64,000 bases of DNA from Perna viridis (Eukaryota), in contig CM074520.1 of assembly GCA_037379345.1 (NCBI GenBank), positions 40,892,664-40,956,663 of the forward strand, read 5' to 3'. Below the pieces are notes generated by a model that was not told the origin of the DNA, made no database searches, and saw only the letters and a program-made list of their open reading frames with translations. The translations under genes and the position numbers were made by a program. Below, in pieces: positions 50,601 through 63,451 of this stretch (position 1 is its first letter; the number at the start of each line of letters is the position of its first letter).

Positions 50601-53600
50601 ACTGAATTTTTGCTTGACATGTCTATCAGTCAGATGGTATTTCATAATGGCTGATAGGACACAGATGGCCCAACCACCCTAAAAATTAAGAGTATAAATT
50701 GTAAAATAGGATATGCACCACAGAGTGCAACTATAAAAAGAACAATATCAACTACGGTAATTTGTATAATATACATGTACAATTGTGGAATCAATGTCCA
50801 CATGGCCTATGTTTTCATGCAACGTCACATCCACTGTATAATGAAAGTAGAGCAAGGCTCAATTCAAAGATAGTTTGTTAAAATGCTAAGGAAAAATCAA
50901 GCCGAGTAGACTCTTTACTTTTAATTTTATTCAAAAAAATTTGTCAGTAAAAAAGGGATTGTGAAAATACTCAAAATACATTGAATGTAAGTTTTTAAAA
51001 AAGTTATCAATTGAAACATTTTTTTTATTCACGCCTCCTTACAACTTATTGAAGCATGCTCAGAATTACCAGATATTTGTTAAGTTGACAAAACAAGATT
51101 ATGGTTTAGTAAACAATAAAAATCAAACTATCATCACTGTTACATAATTTATGGAACTAAACATACAAAAGCATCAAATCTCATCTAAAATTTTGAATTT
51201 TAGATATAAAATCATTCAACTGTAACACCATTAAGTTAATCATGGTTTTAACTGTGCAGACACCTGTTCCAGCTCTGTATTGAAGGCATTTCAACCATCT
51301 TTGTAAGTTTTAGAATATCAACGGATACAGAAGAAACCAATGAAATGTCATAATCGTGTATCCATGGATATGAATGTCCAAAACAGCCTGATCTTGAACT
51401 TGATACATGTACTTATTCTTAGAATTTCAATCAGCATAATTCAAGTACATGTATTTACATTAGATTGTCCCTAAAAACCTAATAAAATTTGAAAAAAAGG
51501 TTGAGGGATCTTAATCATGTGCACAATTTTTTGCATAGTCTACTCTTCTTACAGTTCATCATTACCTTTCGACAAATATGGCTTCAATTTCAACACTAAT
51601 TTTCCTCTGACTACAGACAAACCTGTGTATCTAGAAGAATTTTCAGTCATAGCATTCACTAGATATGAGAAAGCTGCATTTATTTTATACAAAATCATAT
51701 CAAAAACAGGCTGACTTTTGTGTTTTAATTTGATCAATTCTGCAGAGAAGCCCAAAAATGAACTAAGTCTGGATAATGTTTTGGGATGTTCCCGATGTAT
51801 TAAAGGTAAACTCTATTCACATTGACATGCTGGTCAATAGAAGGACAATAGCCAACTGTCCTATACACAATAGGTGATTTTAACTATGTAAATGAGAGGC
51901 CTATATCAAGTGAATCTCTGTTTATTTTTGCACTCTCTGCAGAATTGCAAAAAATTAACCCTGAAAAAGGTCATTTTTTTATATAATTTGACATAAACTT
52001 GATGTAACTTCTTCATATCTAAGGGATGCTATGCCTTAAAAATTTTCTAGATACACAGGTTCGTCTGTAGTCAGAGGGAAATTAGTGATGAACTTGAGAC
52101 CATACTTGTCGAAAAGCAATGATGAACCCTAAGAGAATAAAAAAAGAACCTGAAGTCTTAATTCATGTCTAGCAGCCATCTCATCTCTCTGTGCTTTCTT
52201 TAATTTCTGTGCCTTGATAAATTTGTCTTCCTTTTCAGTCAGCTGTTTCTGTTTTTCATTGAATTTCTTTGCTGCTGCCGCTACGGCTGTAACAACAAAT
52301 CATTATATTAAGTGCTAGAATCTGTAAGAACTAGGCAAAATTGAAAAAATAATGAATCATGCTCTGAAAAACACACACACACAAATTTGATAATATTGGC
52401 ACATATTTTATGGTCTGTTGAAGGTGAATTGACAAATCATTCATTTTAAAAGTGTCAGAGAATGCAGAAAAGAGAATTCAAAGTTACAGTAGAATGATCA
52501 TGATGATAGGGAAAATTAGAGTTATCTCCCATTGACGATGCAACTGCAATACATTTCATATATAATTTATACCTTAAACTACTGACACTGCAAACAGAAA
52601 TGAAAGCCATTTCTGCACTTCAGATACATTTTGTATATGTAGCATTTTAAATAAGATTTCATGGAAAGACTTGTGTTTTTTCCACCACGATTCACCCACT
52701 GCCTGATTCTTACAGAAAATAGCACTAGAAACTATTCTAAAATTAGTTTTATACATGCCTAATGCATTACATCAGTAACATTACAATAGCGATTTTTGTA
52801 TTTTTTCTTTTCCCTGTGTAAAAGATTAAGATAGGAATTGTGTCTAAAAACTTATAAACTACCAATCAATGCACTGTTTAAAGATTACAAAGATTAAATG
52901 GCTTATCATAAAAATGCTCCTTAGAAAGTAAATATCACACTTCATGGTTATAAATTCATTTTTAAGAAGTAATTCAAGTTCTGAAAGGCTACATGCCTAT
53001 AACTTTCCATTGAATCATCAAAAGAGAAATTTCAGAAAAGAGATAAAAAATGTCCTTCTGATTTTCTTCTCGTGAGAAACATGAGAAATGATAAAATCAT
53101 TCTTACTGAAAAGATACCATATAAAATTCTAAAGGTATCACTATCTCTCACTTGTTTTTTTTTTAAATCACTACATGCACAGTACAGACAGAGACAAACA
53201 GTACCATGTCTGATCACTGACATGGTGGTGTACCACTTTTAGAGTGGCAATAAATATTTTTTTTAGTCTTTGAACACATTTTTATATTTTTTCTGCATCT
53301 AAAGTGGTAGAGCTTACCACTCACAATACAAAAGAAAGTAAAAAAAAATCTCTTATAGAAAAAGATATTGAGAACCACTCTAAAAGTGGTACACCACTAT
53401 GTTGGTGTTCAGTCACAGCATGTCTCTTTCTGTACTGTACGTCACAAAAAGTGAGTGAGTTGCAACATATCAATAATTGAGCAGCAAGTGAAATATCTAA
53501 TTTTAATAAGATTGTAAGTACATTTCTTGTCACTTTCATTACAAATGACCACAAGGATTGCATAAAAAAAATCAGGGTAAAAAAAAACTTGATTCTTGTA

Positions 53601-56600
53601 AACCCACCCAAAAAAATGAAATGGTTGACCCCATACCTTCCTTGGCCTTTTTGTCAGCCTGTTGAGCAGATTTAGCTCTGGGCCACAATACTGGTCCTTT
53701 CTTTGCCTTTACACTGGCACTGTTTTGTCTGTCTAAAGACTTTTTCTTCACTGTCTTGTCACTTCCATCTTTCTCATGGTCAACTTTCCTTTTCTGAGTT
53801 CCGTCCTGAGTTTTCTCAGGTTGCTTTGTTCTCCTTTTTGTTGGACTGCTAGCTGGTCTCGCCGGTGAACTTGATCTTGTTCTTAAGCTTTTTATTTTCT
53901 TTTCTACCCTGTCAGACAGGTTTTCTTTTTCACATTTTTTATTCTCTATGGATGCTTGTTTGCTTGCTAAAGTTGTACATGTAACATTAGAGCTTACATT
54001 TGTAGAATCATAAGTCACTTTCATCTTGTCATTTTCAGAAGTTTTTGAAAAATCATTCTTCCTGCTATCATCAGATCTAGTAAGGCTAATCCCACTATCA
54101 GCAGATTTTATTGGCTCCTCCTTCTTACCACTCATAGACCAGTCATCTAGAGACGAACGTACATTACTTGAAGAGTACAGTGCTTTCGATGCTGAACTTG
54201 CAAAACTCCTTGATCGTCTTAAACTAGTCCTATACTGATTAATATCATTCAAACGCTCCTCAAAAGTCAAACTTTTATTTAAAGATTCCATAGTCTTTGA
54301 CTGTCGGCCATCGAGAGAAGTATTCAAAATTTTATTGGAATCACGACTAGATGAATTGGCATCGCTTGATTTTTGACTTTCAGGATGACTATCCTTCCTG
54401 AGGTTTTTTATGCCACGAAGAATCTTATTAAGAGCACCAAATGCTGTAATTCCCATTTCATTCAACTGTAAAGCAGTCAGCTGTGAAATTTCTGCCATGT
54501 CTATTTCATTGTCAGCGAATAAATTCAAGTACTTCTCTTCTTCCAACAATCCAAGGCTTTTAATCCAATTTCTCACAAGTGGATCACATTTTGCCATTTT
54601 TGGAGAAGATTTTTGTTCTTCTTGTGAGTGACTACTATCATGCAGGAAGTTCTTTGATGTTTGACTAGTCTGTGAATTACTTGGCAGAGACAAAATTTTA
54701 AACACTTCATTGTCCCGACTTCGTTCTAATGCTTGAGACGGTTTTATGTTTGTCTGTTTTGACTTACTAGTAGGTGGTTTATTTCCAAGTCTTTCTTCTT
54801 TTTTGTAATTATCTTCATCATTGAAGTTCTTCCTGGTACTTTCTGAAAACTTTACATGTTGTAAAGTTTCATCATCTTCAGACAAATGATTTTTCGGGAA
54901 AGAATCTTGACGAGGTACATGTAGCGGGCTATTCTTGGTAAACTCTTTCACCTCAGTAGCCATTATAATTGGTCTATTACCATTGGTTGTTGGCTGCTTT
55001 GGATTTCTAGGAATAACACCAGCACTTGCTCTTTTTAGCACTTTATTTTTCAAAGCTGTCACCCTGTCTACTTCATCAAACTTAGAATCTACTTTTAAGT
55101 CATTTTTCTTACTTGTATCTTTGTACTGATCTTTTTTCTCCTTAACTTTATTGGTTCCCTGATTCACCCCCTTAATTTTAGCTTCTGAATTCAATGCACT
55201 ATTTACGACTTTATTATTAGATGAACCTTTGAGAGGTTTTGAAACTAAGTCATTTTGATTTGAAGCTGCAGCACTAGGCATAGAAGAAGTTGTATTTAAC
55301 TGACTCTGATGCTCATCCTGTCGATTTCTCCGTCTTCTCGTCTTTGACAATGATGACTTATCTGGATCTTCCAGGTCTTTTGAATTTTTGTACGACTTCA
55401 GTTTTCCTTGTCCTCCATGTTGCCATCTCGAACCTCCAATTTCCTTTCTATAGATGAAACAAAAACAAAGTTCGAAAAAAGACACAGAGAATCAACATGT
55501 GTAAACTTAATGGAACAATATAATCAGGGATTTAATTCTCATACCATCTTAAGGTAGGTTCAGTTACATTTTTTAAAACTTTTATATTTACAATAACTGT
55601 ATACACGTATGTACTGAAAACAATTTAGAAAGATCCGTTAGCACCCATGAAACTGCAAAATGTGTGTTTGTGTTGCCATTTGACTTTATAGTTTAATTCT
55701 ACAAAAGTGTCACCATTCTGTTACTGGTGATTTTATTACTTTCGTTATTGGGGTCCTTAAGAGCTTACTTAAAGGTGTGTTTATACTTGGTGATCTCTGA
55801 AAGTATTTACTATTTTGTATTTAGGTTATGCATTGGTGCATTTGTAGCATTTTACCATATATGTTTTTTTCTATGGTACAGTATCAAAACTGTATTCTGA
55901 TTGAGTTATGTACTTTCAGTTCAGATTAAAATTTTTATCTAAACTGTACAAGTATCAAAAAATAGAAGAAAAAAGAAAAAATCCAAAAAATTATATGATA
56001 GAGATTATGTTTGAGGAAAGCACATTTGCAGCAGATTCAATATAATTCAAGGCCAAGAAAAAAAAATTATGCGTTTAAGATTATCCTAGCTTCCCTTTTT
56101 GTTTCTGTCTACCCTCGCACATTTTATTCTCTCGAAGGAGAGAAGTTAAGTTAGTGGGAGTGTCATTTACAAATCATTAAGGTTTAACACCTTTGAAACT
56201 TCTCACGAAACACACCAGAAATGGCAATAGAAGATTAGTGTTGCACTGTCAAAACAAGATTTTACTTATTCAGTGACAGATTATTACCTTAAAATTCCTC
56301 GTACACTTGAGTCATCTTCTTGTCTGTATCTTTGGTGAAGTAATAATGCATCTTCAAGGGCCTCGACTTCTGCGTGAAGCTTCTTACTCTCTTGTTTTAA
56401 GTGATTCAAGCTGGGTAAAGTAAAATAGACAAAAAATTCTTAATTCAATTCTTAAGGCTGAACATATATATACATGGAATTTATCCAACAGAGTGGTGCC
56501 TATTAGAAATCGTAATTTTGGGTTTTGAGAAATATATTTTAATTCAGGGATAACAAACTAGTTATTTTTGCATGTAAGATACATATTTGTCAATTAATGT

Positions 56601-57527
56601 ATTAACTGTCCTTTGAAATTACATATACCATATATAATTCAGGGTTCTCACTCCACTCAAAAAATAGTCAGTCCCAGAAATCCCTGGCCCCAAAAATGAC
56701 AAGTCCTGTGATGGGTTCAGAGGGTCCCAAGAAAAGTGAAGGGTCTTATGTATGTACATGTACAATAGCTTATTTGAAGAACTAAAAGCAGTTATAAATA
56801 TTTTTAATACATTGTACTAACAATTTAATTTCAACAAGCCAAATACAATGTACACATTTATATATTGTGTCTTGTAAAGGCATTGACTCATCAGTTTGTA
56901 CTGCCAATGGTAGTGAACATCGAGTAGTGAATAGATTTCTTGCACCATGTACAGATTACACGTGTTTGTTCACCTTCTTCCACTAATTCAGCCATTGCAT
57001 ACGGAATGATCTCATTTTCTTTGGTGTACTGGCTGTGAAAGAACTAAATTCTTTCTCAGTGTTGTCCAAATAGGGACGAGATGTGTTTCTGGTCATCAAA
57101 TCTTAATGCATTACAGGACAGTTAGTAAATATTAATCAAAAATAAGCATTTATTTTTTTACGATTTTCTGATTATCTTTTCACATGTTTTATTTGTCAAC
57201 CGTTAATACCACACACTAGGAAATTGTCTAAATTGCTGGATATTAGTTGGGATAAATTAACAATCAAATCAACTTCATATTACTGGTGTAGATTTCAGCA
57301 ATTGAGCATTTTCACAAATCCTCAAATACGTGAATATATGAACTGACATTTGTTTCCCAAAACTACAAAAATTGGCACTCGCGTATTAAAGTTCTTTCAA
57401 AGTATTATATATTTAATCATTTTGCAACCTGTAGGAATGTACATGTCTGTCAAAAATCATTCATCAAAGATTTAAAACTTAAAATATGTACTCACTGTTT
57501 ATCCTTCCCATGTCTCAAAGAAGCCAT
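32518..57527 (-). CDS. SAM-domain TKL-group Ser/Thr kinase with WASP-like C-terminal module (16 coding exons, ~2228 aa)
   Basis: Exons (minus): 57496-57527, 56288-56410, 53637-55447, 52150-52286, 50301-50442, 49437-49553, 46990-47054, 45842-46056, 44804-44883, 43504-43625, 42495-42631, 41346-41519, 40393-40582, 39671-39790, 35467-38604, 32518-32601. All GT-AG, phases consistent, sum 6687 nt. The ATG has an in-frame TAA upstream in the same exon. Confidence 0.85.
34366..34804 (+). mobile_element. 5'-truncated SINE-like retroposon with (CAAA)n tail and 11-bp TSD
   Basis: TSD ctatttttaga at 34355-34365 and 34805-34815; tail ctgaaatattgctgctcgggcgtttaacaccaacaaacaaacaaac; a partial copy lies at ~60295-60460. 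Confidence 0.75.
35467..38604 (-). CDS. 3138-nt exon of the kinase gene: GBD-like helix, charged repeats, WH2-like motifs, Pro-rich segment, start of C helix
   Basis: Acceptor tttcag|GAT ATT ATA, donor AAA AGG|gtaggt; continuous 1046-codon frame. Confidence 0.9.
37570..37860 (-). repeat. Three in-frame coding tandem repeats (~34-35 aa; QEALEKEIK.TKAELEK.LKKDLQT.TD.SKE)
   Basis: Visible in both protein and DNA. Confidence 0.85.
39671..44883 (-). CDS. Protein kinase domain (TKL-like) exons
   Basis: EIDSDDI..., IGEGTFCKVYHG, VAIK, E of alphaC (FAAEV), LHHPRVVQLLG, VLEFMARGSL, HLDLKSMNVLL, DFG, GSPKWMAPE, DVYSFGIILWEMLT, CWHQNPARRPPF; all catalytic residues are present. Confidence 0.95.
42217..42436 (-). 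mobile_element. Same TTAA MITE, copy 4
   Basis: TIRs plus TTAA on both sides. Confidence 0.88.
43657..43876 (+). mobile_element. Same TTAA MITE, copy 5
   Basis: Slightly degenerate TIRs. Confidence 0.85.
44224..44443 (+). mobile_element. Same TTAA MITE, copy 6
   Basis: TIRs plus TTAA. Confidence 0.85.
44465..44838. repeat. 56-57 bp minisatellite (~6.5 copies) overlapping the 3' end and donor of kinase exon 44804-44883
   Basis: Units start at 44465, 44522, 44578, 44634, 44690, 44747 and 44804 (ctgtataatca.acat.atgtcatcactatcaatc...). Confidence 0.92.
45091..45309 (+). mobile_element. Same TTAA MITE, copy 7
   Basis: TIRs plus TTAA. Confidence 0.88.
47237..47400. repeat. ~165-bp palindromic (foldback) element
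   Basis: agaatctaca..gttgattatg.aatttctcacatc..aaataaattttatagtttt | aaaactataaaatttattt..gatgtgagaaattcataatcaac..tgtagattct. Confidence 0.8.
48250..48469 (+). mobile_element. Same TTAA MITE, copy 8
   Basis: TIRs, left TTAA. Confidence 0.85.
49145..49350 (-). mobile_element. Copy of the same Penelope-like 3' repeat
   Basis: Near-identical to 27250-27450. Confidence 0.8.
51543..52137. mobile_element. ~590-bp foldback element with long inverted arms
   Basis: ctctgactacagacaaacctgtgtatctagaa (51604ff) versus ttctagatacacaggttcgtctgtagtcagag (52045ff), extending outward and inward. Confidence 0.8.
54400..54587 (-). CDS. SAM (sterile alpha motif) domain within kinase-gene exon 3
   Basis: VRNWIKSLGLLEEEKYLNLFADNEIDMAEISQLTALQLNEMGITAFGALNKILRGIKNL fits the SAM consensus (V..WL..LGL..Y...F....ID...L..L....L..MGI...G...KIL..I..L). 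Confidence 0.9.
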
Positions 57528-59257
57528 TCTATCTCTGCATTCTTAAATAACAACCTGCAATATATTTAAAATTGCTTAAAATGCTGCCAAAAGGGAACTA
57601 AATACTGAAGAAATAAAATAAATGATTTGATATACAATGTACTATCGAATAAAAACAAAATGCAAGATGTTGGAAAGAGGGGTTTTTTTTTGGCAAATTA
57701 TCTCAAAATTCCTCCAAACCCTAATATCAAGAATAAACATGTAAAATGTCAAATCAAAATTTCAATGGACCAAGTAGCTCTTGGACTAACTGGTGACATG
57801 ATCTTATGTTTTTTTTTTGTTTGGGAGCATAGGGTATGTAACTCTTATCATGTGATTCTGTGGTTTCACAAGAATGGGCCCTATTCTACCATTCAAATTC
57901 ATTGAGATTCATCATTTACAAAGTTCAGTATTAAAAGCAAAACATCTTATAGTGTAAAAATGCAGATAAAAAATGACAAATTTATATTTTTTACATGATA
58001 AAAGTGTTAAGAAAAAGCATTAAATAGAAGATTTTGCTATGTAATACAGCATTTCAAGATCCCGGAAGTAAACAATAAATTGCAGATCTGTCTTCGGATT
58101 TCACTACGTTCTACATTGGAAATTCCAGTAAGGGAAATAAAACTAGAAGAAATTTTCTTAATTAGCATTGTAATTTCAACTTCAAAAGATGAAACTGCTT
58201 TTTGGGATAGATTTAAATTGCACTCATTTTTTCTTCAAAGTAGATTATGCTAAATGCATTGTTTATGTTCTCACAAAAGGGGTGATAGGTTAAGAATATG
58301 TACAAAATCTTTCCAATTTCTTTACTTTCTGGTTATAATCACATCGAGCCATTGCCACTATAGTTATGACACATTTTTTGGAAACAGCACACATTATTAC
58401 ATCAATGTATATTTCAACTTCTGTTAACCCTCCCACATCAGGGAGAAGACTTCAACAAACCAATGAAAAATTTATAATAATCTCCCACATAAAAATTTAT
58501 AAGATTAGTGGGAGGGTTTTAATTTTCCATGAAAAATATTAAATTATTGGTTTTATACATTAAAAATCTCTTACATGACACTTGTCAATGGGAGGAGAAT
58601 CTCCCAGTCCCACTCCCAGATGAACTGATCAAAAGGTTAACAGGTATGCATTTTTACCTGACATACCGACATAATCTTGTTGCCTGTTACTAATTGTATT
58701 GAATCTAAATATTTTTTTTTGTATTCATAGCATCTTGAATATAACTTTATAGCTGTGTTAGCAGTAGTAGAAATTTTTCATTAGCCACACTATTCTAGAA
58801 ATAAGGGTGTAGACAAATGATGTGGTTAATGTCCAATGTATTTTAATAGGCCATTCACAAAATTTAATTGGCAACATTCAAGCTCATCTAGGATTTGGCT
58901 ACCTTCTACCGCTCACACATGATCGCTCGAAAATGGAAGGCGACAAGTAATAACATATTATTCAGATATCAAACATATCAAGCCATATTGCGAAACGGTG
59001 GTTTGCACCAATATGTATTTGTATGTTTAAACATCTAAGTCAAATGAATAAGTAAAGTTGTTAATTCATACAAACAAATCTTGTTAAACTAACTTTTAAA
59101 GCCTTGTTAGATTTCGATTGTGTACATTCGAGACAAGGAGTTCTTTTTTTCTGAGGTTACATTTCGTGTAAGTGACCTCTACCGGTAAAAATTTATTTGG
59201 GTCGTTCTAAAAGACTTGAGTCATTACCGAACATGTTTCATCACCTTATTTCAAAGG

Positions 59258-60867
59258 CAGTGGCTATTTTGCCGGATCCGGCAAAATAGCATGGGAGGCT
59301 AGGTTACAGACCACCAATTCAACCAATGAGCATTTGGAACGTACGCAAAAATAGTCCTACGCAGAAATTACCCCTGTTCCTCTTAGTGCTGTGAAAAAAG
59401 TTCTCATCTTATTTTAAAAATTTAAAGAGTTTCTGAAAGGAAAAACATTTCTGTACATTTTATAGGTGCATTTTGCTTCTTGTGATGTGAAGCCTAATCT
59501 CCATAATGATTTTTAAATATACCCCTATCTTGTGAAAACACTGGGATTTCCCATGCTATTTATAGACCCTTCACTTCCGGTGACCAGTACTGCACTGCAA
59601 GTCTGCTAACCCCACATGCCATTCTGAGGATTGTGAGCTGACATATGTAGAATCATGCTGATATATAGTCATCTGCAGGTTAAAGTTAAGGTAAAGTCCA
59701 GAGAAGCCATTGAATATTGTGAAATTAGCATAGAAGCCTATGGGAAGTGGAATTAGTGGTTTTTAGCCGCTATTTTGCCGGATCCGGTAAAATAGCCTGG
59801 GAGACTATTTTGTCGGATCCGGCAAAACAGCGTCTGAGGCTATTATGCCGGACATCACTAAAATTTTGATTAATGATAATATTCTGTTAGTATATTGTAT
59901 ATTGTTTAAAATTGTGTATGCAAGCTTCTTACTGACTATATACATGTATATAAGGTATATATTGAGGACATTTCAATTTCTTTATATGATTTTAAAAGAA
60001 GTATAACATTTTAAAGCAGAAATCGGATCATTCTATGTAAATGATATAAATATGTAAATTAAACTTGTGACGAAAATATGCAGATAATATAGAAAAGAGC
60101 ATAAAGTGCAGCAGTACAAATTTCCTCTGATCCTGTAACCCTCCTCTTTTTTATTTGGATATTGATATGTCGGGTTCAAAATCCAAATAAAAAGAGAAGG
60201 GTTGCAAGGTCAGAGGAAATTCGGACTAAAAGTGCAGTTCATGCTTGGAATGGCAGCATTTTTCTTGTACACCTACATGTATTAAGCAATTGCCACTTAA
60301 TTCTAGTGGCAATTAAAATTTGTCGACCACATTATTATTGTATCCCTTCCTTTTTTCACTTTCATCATCATTTCATGTTCATTTTCTCATCCATTTTGTG
60401 TTCATCGCATGGCTAAAGCTGAAATTGCTGCTCGGGTTGTTAAACCCCAACAATCAATCATTCAACCTTAATTTCAACTTATTAAAAATTTATCTTTTAT
60501 GTAAAGAAATGTGTCAATTTTTAAATATTAGAATTTCTACTTTAATTTATGTGTAAAATTTTAGAAATTTTAATGCAAAATTTCAACGTATTTAATTTTT
60601 TTTATGACAGAAAATCTTTAAATTTCTAATGATTAGAATTCCTATTATACTTTAATTTATGTGTAAATGTTTCACTACTTTTCATTCAAAATTTTATGAA
60701 ATTTTATAAAAAAAAATATTCTGCATCACATCTCCAGTTTTATAACCACTTTCATGTTTTTAAAGTTTTGTATGTATGAATTCTTGTATTTTTTGGTAAA
60801 TATTATGGCAAAATAGCCAAGTAACATTATATTAGCTATTTTGCCGGATCCGGCAAAATAGTCACGG
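59258..60867. mobile_element. Probable non-autonomous DNA transposon marked by the repeated 28-bp palindrome GCTATTTTGCCGGATCCGGCAAAATAGC; contains a nested hairpin MITE and a SINE tail
   Basis: Palindrome at 59263-59290, 59769-59796, 59804-59831, partial at ~59839, and 60835-60862; ends cagtg / cacgg. Confidence 0.55.
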
Positions 60868-63451
60868 CCTATTACAAAAGGCTGCAATTATCCAATATGT
60901 AAAGTCTTTAAACCTTAATTTCGTGTAACAATTTAATAATTCTGTTTTTATTCCTGATGATGTCTAAGAATATGGAGGGTATCACCCTCTCTTTGGACTT
61001 GGGATTTTGGTTATTTTTAGAGTGTACTTTAGACTTAGGCACACAAGTCCATGGACTTAACATTTCAAAACAGTCGTACTTCAAATTTCGTGGAATTTGG
61101 ACTTTACCAAAAAGTAAAATTGTAATTGGGACTTCGCCCAAAACATGGAATGTACTTTGGACTTTGGACCCCAAATATGACTACGATGATTTCAAGCATA
61201 TTAGAATGGGATTCATAGTCCACTCACAAGGAGTGCATAATGAAAAATACAGTTATTGCAAAATGTAGGTACAAAACACTGATGATGTTTTGTGCCAGTC
61301 AGAAAATACCTTGTCAATTAAACTCAAGAATACACAACCCTTTTGGGACTGGGATTTTTTTTTTTGGGGGGGGGGGTTAGTACTCAAAATATCATTATAT
61401 GAATTTGTTTCTAAATTTGAAGTATTTGAAGTAATACTATTTTGTATGCTCACCTGATTATTTAATAGGGACGCAGCGTCGGCAAAGTGGAGGTGATAGT
61501 AATGTCCGTCCTTCCGTATGTTCATCTCTCCGTTACGGCATTGTGGGACCATACATATCTTCTCCGTTACTTCTCCTACACCACTAAATGGAATTGTATG
61601 TTGATTGTTTGGTAGAGAGCTAGTTCAATTACTAAGTAGCCTATGTAGCTATAGATTTGTATTGAAATCAATGCCACTCTATTTCAATTTGCTGTAAAAG
61701 AAACACCTTGTACAATCCGAGCACGCTATCATTTGATGTATATACGTAGCGAAAATGACCGTGTAGTTCCGAATGGGGATTCAGTCGTCAGTATCGATAC
61801 TTTTTAGTTTTTATGTTTACTTAATTTAATACTAAGATTTAATATTATATGCTCTCCCCGTTATAACTGTTTTTTTTTTTACACAATTAATAGACGGAAC
61901 AAGTGGGTTATGGTTTAGCGTGTTACGTATGTCTATTTGGATGGTTGTCTTTTAATGTTTCCGGAATTGCTTGTCTGTTCCGATTAGTTCGACTCCAATT
62001 AAATATTTCCTTTGCAAAAGGATACAAGACGCGGCGTTGTTACCATGGATACTGGTAACTCATCACTACTTCCGTTTTGCTTCTTCGCCTTATAAATCGA
62101 TTATTGATTTAACGAATGTACGCATGTATATTAATACTGTTACAATAACGATTTTAGGTTCAACGTAACAGCAGTTTATATATATATCAAACAAAAGGTG
62201 GCCCATGCATATAAAAAGCCCTAATTCAGAAACCATGAATGACCAAATAACACGCGTCTGAGATCATCATTCGGTTGAACTTTTGTATAAAATACATGAA
62301 ATTGGCACATTAAAAGAGTTATCATTCTTTATTTGGTTGATTTTTGGGATAATAATGTATGGTTTCTAATTAATACAGATCTCTGTACAGAAAGGGCTAT
62401 CGTTATGTAATCATGGACTGAATAAAATGTTTCGCATGGCACAGCTTGATACGACCACAGAGGTTGAATCCTGAACAGTTGCGTTATGGACATTCCATTC
62501 TAACTAGATGCAGATTTGAATTTTGATTGTAATTAGACATTTGACATATGATAAAAATTCTACCAATCGAAGTGGCCATTGTTCCAAACTGATTCCCATT
62601 ACAACCCCAAAAGTCACTTCCAACCTTCCTTCAGGAGCAAGATTCCTTATGCATTGTCGTGATGCTTAGACAAAACTTTGTCCATTGCATGGTAAATGCA
62701 TGGGTCTCTTTGAAATTGTTGCACAATAGTCAAGGTTTTGTATGACGTCACGTCGATGCTTTGTTTCTGGTCCCGATTCCTAAACGGTTCATAAAAAAAG
62801 ACTTAACCCCCAAAATCAACCCCAGTCTGACCTTTGTAGTATAGAATATTATGGAATTATTATAGACTTCCATACGTTTTAACTGGAGTTACATAGTTAT
62901 ATTCTACAAAATGTTGTTGGGGTCATAACCCAAAATCAATACTAACCATCCTTTTGTGGTTAAAAACCTTGTTTTAAAATTTTGTAAAGATTCAGAAGTG
63001 AACTAAAACCAAGCGTCTATGGACGCAGACAACAGTGCCATTATACGACCGCAATTTTATTGTTGTATAAAAAAGTATTGTTTGGCAGTGTTTGAATATC
63101 ATGTGGATCACTTTAGTACCATTCCATAAAAATCTAAACTTGGTGGCACGTGATATAACCGATTTGCCTATTATCGTCTTTTTTCAGTTTTCTTTAGCAA
63201 TTCTTTTAAAAAATTTGAAGTTTTCTGACTTTGGCACTTCCTCATACATATCTGTTTGAATTTTATATGGTAAACTTAAAGCCAATACAGACTTTCTTGC
63301 ATCCATCTATATTTAATACTTCAAGACTTTTCTTCAGCAGTTACATCGGCTTTTTGGTTGCTTTTTGTTCTTGTTTTGTTTGTTTTCTTTTGTTTGAGGT
63401 ATTATTGATACACTTGAGGGTGGCGTACGTATATTTTACATTTATTTAATA

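Noticed and set aside
60908-61552. ORFs upstream of the kinase gene
   Set aside because: They lie in low-complexity, repeat-derived sequence (ttggactt subrepeats); no domain or splice support.
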